64,000 bases of DNA, taken from a virus. Positions 52,865 through 60,218 of this stretch are shown one piece after another. The stretch's first letter is position 1. Each line of letters opens with the position of its first letter. The stretch spans positions 75,240-139,239 of the IMG/VR virus record IMGVR_UViG_3300025030_000046; one strand, written 5' to 3'. Both the position numbers and the translations under genes were made by a program. The notes beneath the pieces are model-generated. The model had not been told where the DNA came from. It saw only the letters and a program-made list of their open reading frames with translations, and ran no database searches.

Positions 52865-54598
52865 TTGAGTTTATATGTTTACAATTACACAAAAAACTTT
52901 GCTATTATCGGGGCTGACACAAGATTATGTGGGTTAAAAGATAATTCATATTATAAAATTCACGACAATGCTTGTAAGATTATTAACAAACACAATAAAG
53001 TATTCACTTTTGGTGGAGATTATTTTGCTACAAATATTCTTATTGACTTAATTAATAAATCCGATTATGACTATGCTGAATTATATAATATCTGTAATCA
53101 GTTAGATAACGAATACAATATTGACAAAGATATCTATTTTATAGAATTGACATGGGTTGCTTATGAAAATAATAGTTATGTTTTATATAATATTGCCACA
53201 TATAATAAATATAAAATAATTAGAAGTATTCCAGAAGATAACTATATGTCTAATTTCTTTGGTGGTATTGAAACAGAAAAAGCGATTGATTATTATAACA
53301 AAAATATTAATAATTTAAACCTTATAGATTTATACAAGGATATTTACAATTTTTGCTCAAATGAATATATTGGTGGAGATTTAATATTATATATACTCAA
53401 AGATGGTAAGTCTATTAAAACATACAAATATAATATTTCAGAAAAATGCTATAAAATAGTAGGAAATTCTGGAAAATTCAATAAAATTGAAATGTATAAT
53501 CCTACTACGAATTTACTTGATGTAGAGGTGGGTAACTATATTGGGCAGGATGGTTTAAGTAAGAGAGGTATAAAGATCAGTAATGGTTCATTTGAAATTT
53601 CTAAAGCTGCTGGAATTAGCAACGGCATAGAATTAAATCCTACTAATGGTTTAACTATAACTAGGAGTGACAATAAATTTAGGGGAACATTTAATGCAAC
53701 TGATTTAAACTTTGAAACTAGCTCAGATAATGGAAATACGTGGTCGAAAAGGTTCTACTATGATTCTACGGCTCAAAAACTTGTTGTCAATGGAATAATA
53801 GATGCTCAAGATTTCAAAATAAATGGAACAAGTATTTTGGGTGATAATAAGATATTATCTAATTATATAGAAACTTTAGTAGTAGGTAGTAATGTAATTA
53901 TGGGTGCAAACGCAACAATATCGTGGTCACAAATAACTAGTAAACCTACTATTCCAACATTGCCGAGCTATATTACTTCTACAAAAATTACATCTACCAC
54001 CATCGAAAGTCCAAGTATTACTGGTGGTACTATTACTGGAGGGAGTATAACATCTAATTCTACAATAAATGTGACAACTGATTTGAGGGTTGGTGATAAT
54101 ATTTATGTTGGAAATGAAAATACCCTCTTAGAAAAAAGCCTAGTATTCTACAATGGTGGTAACATGACTGGAATAGGGCTTGTTAGTAATGGCGATTTTC
54201 GTGTGGATGGTGATAAGAATCTTGCTTTAACGGCTTACGAAGGGAGTGTTCAGATGACTGCTATGGGATCCACTGGGAGTGTATATGTAACTGCATCTCA
54301 AAATATGGATATTTATGCTGTTGGAGATATATTATTGAGTTCTAATTCTTATTGTCATATTGATGGGAATTTAAAACATACGGGTTCAGATATAGGTTTT
54401 TTTGGTAAAGCTCCCACATTTCAACAAACCGCTGAGTTATTAGGGGATAAGCTTACAACTGAATCAGCAGACCTCACTTATGGTAGCACTGAGGTTTCTA
54501 TGTTAACTCACTTAAAGTCTGATGTAGGAAATTTGTATAATAAAGTTAATGGTATATTAAATAAATTAGCAGAATATGGGTTATTTAGCGTTAGTTAG
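52865..54598 (+). CDS. N-terminal proteasome-beta/HslV-like Ntn-hydrolase domain fused to tail-spike C-terminal part
   Basis: After Met removal S1, D17, R19, then K37 and GG motifs; residues beyond ~195 are beta-rich tail-spike sequence. Confidence 0.65.
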   Translation: MSLYVYNYTKNFAIIGADTRLCGLKDNSYYKIHDNACKIINKHNKVFTFGGDYFATNILIDLINKSDYDYAELYNICNQLDNEYNIDKDIYFIELTWVAYENNSYVLYNIATYNKYKIIRSIPEDNYMSNFFGGIETEKAIDYYNKNINNLNLIDLYKDIYNFCSNEYIGGDLILYILKDGKSIKTYKYNISEKCYKIVGNSGKFNKIEMYNPTTNLLDVEVGNYIGQDGLSKRGIKISNGSFEISKAAGISNGIELNPTNGLTITRSDNKFRGTFNATDLNFETSSDNGNTWSKRFYYDSTAQKLVVNGIIDAQDFKINGTSILGDNKILSNYIETLVVGSNVIMGANATISWSQITSKPTIPTLPSYITSTKITSTTIESPSITGGTITGGSITSNSTINVTTDLRVGDNIYVGNENTLLEKSLVFYNGGNMTGIGLVSNGDFRVDGDKNLALTAYEGSVQMTAMGSTGSVYVTASQNMDIYAVGDILLSSNSYCHIDGNLKHTGSDIGFFGKAPTFQQTAELLGDKLTTESADLTYGSTEVSMLTHLKSDVGNLYNKVNGILNKLAEYGLFSVS

Positions 54599-54625
54599 AA
54601 AGGGATATTTTATAAAATATCCCTT
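54599..54625. terminator. bidirectional hairpin between convergent genes
   Basis: AAAGGGATATTT-TATA-AAATATCCCTT. Confidence 0.65.
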
Positions 54626-55323
54626 CATTTTAGTAATGGTAAAATATTTTGAATATAATAATCATATGGAATGTAGCGTCCATCACTTTTTTGATCAATG
54701 TATTGTATATTATCTAACAATAAACTTCCCTTTCGAAGTTCATGCATTTTACTAAAAGATTTAGATATAACATTTGCTGATATGTTTTTATCTTTCAATG
54801 TTTTATATTCTGCTGCAATTTGTACTAAATCAACTTTACGTAGACTCATATTATTTTCTCTTATTTCTATATCATAACGACAGACATCTTTTTCATTATA
54901 TTTTTCTGATATAAACGAAATAGGGATATATTGGTCGTTGTCAATATAGACTATTGGCAATCCGTCAGAAGTTTTAGGAACATTCTTATGATACTTTTGT
55001 TCTTGAGGGCTAAGAGATTTAATATCTATTTCTACTACTTCAGCTTTTGCTTCTTCATATACGCCTTGAGTTACTGTAGTTATCTCTATTTGATTATCAA
55101 CTTGATTAAATACTACTTTACTGCCTAACGCTTTTCCAACATCAGCTAATTTTAAATAAGTGTAATCATCTATGTTGTATGCCTCAACATTTGCCTTTGT
55201 TCCATTGATAAGTACAGGATATGAATTTAATTTAATGTTTAATTCATTAGCAGCGAATACAGCTCCCGAGAATAGCGTTGTCCCAGTTAAAACCCCTAAG
55301 ATAAATTGTTTGTATTTATTCAT
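54625..55323 (-). CDS. secreted protein with copper-amine-oxidase-N-like (stalk) domain
   Basis: Signal peptide MNKYKQFILGVLTG...VFA; NIDDYTYLKLADVGKALG motif. Confidence 0.7.
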   Translation of the reverse strand: MNKYKQFILGVLTGTTLFSGAVFAANELNIKLNSYPVLINGTKANVEAYNIDDYTYLKLADVGKALGSKVVFNQVDNQIEITTVTQGVYEEAKAEVVEIDIKSLSPQEQKYHKNVPKTSDGLPIVYIDNDQYIPISFISEKYNEKDVCRYDIEIRENNMSLRKVDLVQIAAEYKTLKDKNISANVISKSFSKMHELRKGSLLLDNIQYIDQKSDGRYIPYDYYIQNILPLLK

Positions 55324-55556
55324 TATAATTCCTCCAAAATTGTATAGTTGTAGTTTAACCTACTATAATTATACTATACTTCTTTTGGAGGAATTTGTAA
55401 ACATATAGAACTAAAATATAATAAGAAAGGAAGTGGTAGTATGGAAGACAATAAAAATGTAGTTGCCCAAAATAATGAGCAACTTTCTGCAAATACAATA
55501 AGCGGAATTTTAGATATTACAGTTATGCAACAAATACAAATAGCATTAAAATAAAG

Positions 55557-55754
55557 TTATTTTAATGTGCCCGTATGTAATAGCATTATTCCGCATTTTT
55601 TACATCCTAGTAAATTTACTGGTAATCCCGATGTTGGATTGAACGAAGGTGGGTTTGAGTTGGTGTTAACCGTAGTTATAACATAAGATGTCGTTCCTTC
55701 TGGTGCATTAACTTTCGCTAATTCTTCTGTTTTACACATTGGACATGTAGCCAT
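55557..55754 (-). CDS. small zinc-ribbon protein
   Basis: CPMC...CKKCG; AGGAGG RBS. Confidence 0.65.
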   Translation of the reverse strand: MATCPMCKTEELAKVNAPEGTTSYVITTVNTNSNPPSFNPTSGLPVNLLGCKKCGIMLLHTGTLK

Positions 55755-55882
55755 TATTCTACCTCCTTTTAATTTATTTCCTTAATTATACAACAACAAA
55801 ATATTAATTTCTACAATTGTTTACAGTTTTAGGTAATATATGTGACATATTTTATTAGTATTATCAGTTTTATTAATATTTA

Positions 55883-55997
55883 CTCTTGACATATATTAGT
55901 TTTATTGATAATATCAATATATAAAGAAATTTTATATTGGTTAATTTTATGGTATAATTAAACAAAAAATGTTGATGAGGGATTTTAATGGCGGTAA
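55883..55997 (+). repeat. 115-bp direct repeat, copy 2
   Basis: Matches 51250-51364. Confidence 0.9.
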
Positions 55998-56215
55998 TAA
56001 TAATTAAGATGAAGATAAATGAAAAAATAGAAGCGTATAGAAGTGACACAGGTACTACTCGGAGTTGGGTAGCTAAACAAATGGGAATGTCTATACAGAG
56101 ATTAAATCAAATAGTCAATGGAAATAATATTACTTTAAAATTATTGATTAAATTTGCAACCTTTCTGCGTTGCGAAGTATCTGACTTATATGAATACAAT
56201 GTAACTAATTATTGA
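55988..56215 (+). CDS. XRE/Cro HTH regulator
   Basis: RSWVAKQMGMSIQRLNQI...FLRCEVSDL. Confidence 0.8.
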   Translation: MAVIIIKMKINEKIEAYRSDTGTTRSWVAKQMGMSIQRLNQIVNGNNITLKLLIKFATFLRCEVSDLYEYNVTNY

Positions 56216-56249
56216 AACAAAAACATTTCAATTATTTCAACCATATATA

Positions 56250-56278
56250 TTGACATTTTTTGAAACCTTTCGTATACT
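56250..56278 (+). promoter_or_regulatory. sigmaA promoter
   Basis: TTGACA-17-TATACT. Confidence 0.65.
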
Positions 56279-56333
56279 ATTAATGCAAGGTAGATTTTAC
56301 CTTATGCAAAATAATATATAGGAGGGTTTTATT

Positions 56334-56642
56334 GTGAGTAAAGTAAAAGAAATAACTATCAATGAGTTAGAAAATGATTTCATCAAATTAGAAGGCAAAT
56401 CAGTTTGTGTAGACATTAAAGGAGATATAAACTTCTTACAAGTAATAACTGGCTTTAATGTATGGCAGGATGAAAACAATATCACATTTTTTGATAATAA
56501 TAACGAAAGTGATTTCAATATCAAAAAATCAGCCATAACCTGTATTGTTCAAGATGACAGAATATCCGATTTTAAAGATACTCATATATTCCTGAAGAAT
56601 GGATTGGAAATCAATTTACAGGGGGACGTTGATCATGAATAA
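56334..56642 (+). CDS. hypothetical protein, paralog of 51678..51989
   Basis: Sequence similarity; GGAGG RBS. Confidence 0.75.
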   Translation: MSKVKEITINELENDFIKLEGKSVCVDIKGDINFLQVITGFNVWQDENNITFFDNNNESDFNIKKSAITCIVQDDRISDFKDTHIFLKNGLEINLQGDVDHE

Positions 56643-57453
56643 TTTATCTGTAGTCCAAATTAATAATCAAGATGTCAACATTAAGGAATACAATAACACC
56701 AGAGTTGTAACTTTTGAAGATATCGATATGCTTCATCGAAGACCAGAAGGAATATCTTATAGAAATTTTTGTAATCATAAAAAGCACTTTGTTGAAGGTA
56801 TAGATTATTTTAATTTCAAAGGTAATAATGGACGCAAAGCCTTGGCACAGGCTAACTTAGTAAATTTTACAAAGTTGAACAATAGTCCAAACTTCTCATT
56901 TTACTTAATCACTGAATCAGGATATTTAATGTTAGTAAAAAGTTTACAAGATGATTTAGCATGGGAAGTACAAAGACAATTAGTGAATGTATATTTTAAA
57001 GCAAAACAAATTCAGCAACCACAATATAATTTACCGACTACCTACAAAGAAGCACTAATACAATTACTTACAGTAGTCGAGGAGAAAGAAAAGATTGAAG
57101 AACAAAACAAAGTGCTTCTTCCCAAAGCTGAAGGATATGATGATTTTTTAAGTGCTAAGAATGCTCAAACAATGAACGAGTGTGCTAAAGTATTAAAAAT
57201 TGGACGCAATAAGCTATTTAGATTTTTACGGCAAAACGACATCTTAATGTCTGACAATTTACCGTATCAAAGATTTTGTGATAGTGAATATTTTACGGTT
57301 AGAGAAATTCATTTTATTAGAGGAAATTATGAGTACAATGGTTGTCAGTGCTTGGTTACAGCTAAAGGATTAGAGTTTATGCTAAAATTACTAAAAGAAA
57401 AAGGCTTCTGCGTCAACAGTTTAGCCCTTTCGAAAAACAATATAGCCATATAA
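56635..57453 (+). CDS. antirepressor: ORF6N plus KilA-C (ANT) domains
   Basis: RVVTFEDIDMLH...ITESGYLMLVKSLQDDLAWEVQRQLV; C terminus paralogous to 51982..52782. Confidence 0.85.
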   Translation: MNNLSVVQINNQDVNIKEYNNTRVVTFEDIDMLHRRPEGISYRNFCNHKKHFVEGIDYFNFKGNNGRKALAQANLVNFTKLNNSPNFSFYLITESGYLMLVKSLQDDLAWEVQRQLVNVYFKAKQIQQPQYNLPTTYKEALIQLLTVVEEKEKIEEQNKVLLPKAEGYDDFLSAKNAQTMNECAKVLKIGRNKLFRFLRQNDILMSDNLPYQRFCDSEYFTVREIHFIRGNYEYNGCQCLVTAKGLEFMLKLLKEKGFCVNSLALSKNNIAI

Positions 57454-57497
57454 TAACATATAACCAAAAATATTTCAAGAATTTTTTCGGTATCCTA

Positions 57498-57615
57498 TTG
57501 TAATTTAATTACAGTTTGATATAATAACAGCAGGTTAAGAACGCAACAAAATAAAAGGACGAGGTTTTACCCTCATCCCGCAGGTCAAGAACGCTTGTGC
57601 AGGGCGTTCTTTATC
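57498..57615 (+). ncRNA. putative type I antitoxin RNA with promoter and terminator, antisense to the 3' end of a small toxin ORF
   Basis: TTGTAA-16-TATAAT with TG extension; hairpin AAGAACGC...GCGTTCTTT at 57587-57612. Confidence 0.55.
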
Positions 57616-57689
57616 TTTATGTATTTCTCTACTATACATTCGGCATAGTAGATGATACACAAGACAGTTGTAACAACTATCATAATCAT
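57585..57689 (-). CDS. putative type I toxin (34-aa hydrophobic peptide with basic tail)
   Basis: MIMIVVTTVLCIIYYAECIVEKYIKIKNALHKRS; AGAGGT RBS. Confidence 0.55.
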   Translation of the reverse strand: MIMIVVTTVLCIIYYAECIVEKYIKIKNALHKRS

Positions 57690-57899
57690 TACCTCTCTTT
57701 TCTCTTGTATTAGGCACGAAGCCCATCACCAAAGACTTTCCCAATACGTTTGAATTAAGATGCACTTTTACAACCCGCTTGCATTATTTTACAACATTAT
57801 ACAAATAATTACAAGATGCATTTTCCAATAAACCCCACCCAGCAACAATATCCCTATTTACATAATTGAAAATATTTTACATTTTATCTTGAATAAGTC

Positions 57900-57927
57900 T
57901 TGACATGCTACTTTGCCATGGTATAAT
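57900..57927 (+). promoter_or_regulatory. sigmaA promoter of the type III TA operon
   Basis: TTGACA-16-TATAAT with TG extension. Confidence 0.75.
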
Positions 57928-57954
57928 TAAATTGTAGACAGAATAAAATATCTT

Positions 57955-58065
57955 ATGTAGTTCAAATAATTGTCGGGACTATGTATCGACATAAACAAAA
58001 GGCATAGGTTCAAATAATTTCCGCAACCTAGAAAGCGGCTAATAAAAGACTAGGGTTCAAATAAT
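57955..58065 (+). ncRNA. cptI: type III antitoxin RNA (CptI-like), ~2.3 repeats of 47-48 nt
   Basis: GTTCAAATAAT at 57960, 58008 and 58055; each full unit forms an H-type pseudoknot. Confidence 0.8.
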
Positions 58066-58091
58066 AGCTCTACTGTGAAGTAGAGCTATTT
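58063..58091 (+). terminator. terminator between antitoxin repeats and toxin
   Basis: AATAGCTCTAC-TGTGAA-GTAGAGCTATT. Confidence 0.8.
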
Positions 58092-58109
58092 ACGTACATA
58101 GGGAGAAGA

Positions 58110-58640
58110 ATGAATTCAGGATACTTTTACTTTATTCATGATGATTACTATAATAAATTTGAAGGTATGGGATTATTAGAAAACAAAGAAATAGTTAATG
58201 GGAAGCTTCATGGTAGACCTTGCTATTATGCTTTTAAAGAAGATAATTCAGATATATATTGGATGATTCCCGTTTCATCAAAGATTGACAAATATAAACG
58301 AGAATACGAAAAAGCAATTAGTAAGTATAAAATATGTGATGGAATTAGTTTTGGATATATTCTTGGTGAGAAAACAGCATTTTTAATACAAAATATGTGT
58401 CCAGTAACCGATCAATACATAACCAATGTTTATATTGATAAAAATACATCTAACCCTATAACTATTCCTCAAAAATTAAAATCAGAGTTAAATTCTAAAA
58501 TAAGAAAAACCATAAGGTTATATCGCAAGGGTATTAGAATAGTGTTGTCTATGGCTTTAGAAATAGAAAAAATATTATTAGATGAAATTATATTAGAACA
58601 AACGGCAGCCACTTCAGAGCCAAATAGCACTGTAGATTAA
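58110..58640 (+). CDS. cptN: type III toxin-antitoxin endoribonuclease, CptN family
   Basis: FYFIHDDYY, RPCYY, IYWMIPVSSKIDKY, AFLIQNMCPV; upstream repeat and terminator architecture. Confidence 0.85.
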   Translation: MNSGYFYFIHDDYYNKFEGMGLLENKEIVNGKLHGRPCYYAFKEDNSDIYWMIPVSSKIDKYKREYEKAISKYKICDGISFGYILGEKTAFLIQNMCPVTDQYITNVYIDKNTSNPITIPQKLKSELNSKIRKTIRLYRKGIRIVLSMALEIEKILLDEIILEQTAATSEPNSTVD

Positions 58641-58809
58641 ATGTCTTTTCAATAAAACTTTCATTTCAAACAGTCGAGGTGGAGACTTTAAGCCCATTCT
58701 CATTGGTCGGGATAAAGACCTAAAATTCATTCCCATATAGTTTAGCCCAAAACCTCCCACAATCCTCCAAAATATGTTATAATGTGAGAAAACGTGAGGA
58801 GGGTGAGAG

Positions 58810-59670
58810 ATGAGTATAGATAAAAAAAGATTACTTGAATTGATTACTCAGGATAAAGTGCTTAAATATAATAATAAACAAAGAGTTTTACCAAATACGA
58901 GTACAAGTGATGATGAATTTGTCAGTTCTCAATTAAACGATACTCTTGGACAATCAAAAAATTCAATAAGTAATTATACTTTGGAAAAAACAATACCTTT
59001 CGTATTATGGAATGATTCATGGAATAATTATGGTGTATTTGGATTAAAATCAAATGAAAAGAAACAATATTGGAGATATTCAGGCGGACAAATAGTGCAT
59101 GTTGATTTTGGATGTGGAAATATAAAAACAGAACTGTCATTTCCACATCCTGCAATTATTTTATATAACTTTGCACAAACAGCGATTGTGATTCCAATAA
59201 CTACTGATGACAAAAAAACAGCGTTTGACGATGAAATAGAGAACGTTATAATTAAGGTTAAAAGTAAAGAAAATTCAATCCCAAATGATTCAATAATTAA
59301 CATTCACCAATTAAAAGCAATACATAAAGAAAGAATTATAAATAAATTAAAGTATAATGTTAAAAAATATATAGTTGATGATCAAGAAATTAAAAGGTTG
59401 AACAGCAGAATAGATATAGAATCTTTCAAAACAAATATGAGTCTATGGGAATGCATTCAACTAAAATATGCGCTTATGTTTAATAGAACATTATATGATG
59501 AAAAAATTAAATTATTTAAAGAACATAGCCATCTGATTCAGCATATAAATGATATAGAAGGAATGTTGGTTAACCTTGAAAAAAATAATTCAGACTACAT
59601 TAATGAAATTAGGCTAAAAATTGAAGAAATCAAAAAAATAGCATTGACTTCTGAAATGAAAAGAGTATAA
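58810..59670 (+). CDS. PemK/MazF-fold endoribonuclease-like protein with N- and C-terminal extensions
   Basis: GQIVHVDFG...ELSFPHPAIIL...IVIPITT...QLKAIHKERI. Confidence 0.7.
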   Translation: MSIDKKRLLELITQDKVLKYNNKQRVLPNTSTSDDEFVSSQLNDTLGQSKNSISNYTLEKTIPFVLWNDSWNNYGVFGLKSNEKKQYWRYSGGQIVHVDFGCGNIKTELSFPHPAIILYNFAQTAIVIPITTDDKKTAFDDEIENVIIKVKSKENSIPNDSIINIHQLKAIHKERIINKLKYNVKKYIVDDQEIKRLNSRIDIESFKTNMSLWECIQLKYALMFNRTLYDEKIKLFKEHSHLIQHINDIEGMLVNLEKNNSDYINEIRLKIEEIKKIALTSEMKRV

Positions 59671-59947
59671 TAATAAATAGATGAATAATTATTATACAAA
59701 TTGGATATGGATATATTGTCAGCCCAATAGGGTGAGACATCAAATTTATTCACCGAAAGGTGAGAAGCCCATGTGTTTACATGGGCTTCATTTATCTTAT
59801 AATAAATATGCAAGGGATTGAGGAGCAAAGCAGTGATGCTCGCAAATTATTGGATTATAATTTGAGTAAAGGTCATATTGAACTTATGGTTCATACCTGA
59901 ACTTTTGAAGCTACCTAACTAACCCTTAATTTATAAGAATATTATTT

Positions 59948-59975
59948 AAAAGACTTCCTAATCGGAGGTCTTTTT
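59948..59975 (+). terminator. rho-independent terminator
   Basis: AAAAGACTTCC-TAATC-GGAGGTCTTTT. Confidence 0.75.
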
Positions 59976-59998
59976 ATTTTGCAGGAAAGGAGAATTTT

Positions 59999-60151
59999 AT
60001 GGAATTTAAATATACTCAGGAACAAATTCAGAACATATTAGATTTATTAAACATAATTGAAATTAAAGGAATTGGTAATATGAATGGTATCTTAGGTATA
60101 GTTCAGATAATTAATACTCCTATTAAGAACGAAGATATAAAAGAATCTTAA
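59999..60151 (+). CDS. small tail-region protein (50 aa)
   Basis: MEFKYTQEQIQNILDLLN...; AAGGAG RBS. Confidence 0.55.
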   Translation: MEFKYTQEQIQNILDLLNIIEIKGIGNMNGILGIVQIINTPIKNEDIKES

Positions 60152-60218
60152 AAATTAACTAGAAATGTAAGAGAGGTAAATATGCCTCTCTTTTTTATTA
60201 TCAAAAAGGAGGTTTCAT

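Noticed and set aside
57535-57765. 76-aa ORF from the track
   Set aside because: No RBS; the overlapping 34-aa ORF in another frame has an RBS and a toxin-like profile
57955-58065. Possible mini CRISPR array (short repeat with variable spacers)
   Set aside because: The repeat core is only 11 nt, the intervening sequences form pseudoknots, there are no cas genes, and terminator plus CptN context indicates a type III antitoxin
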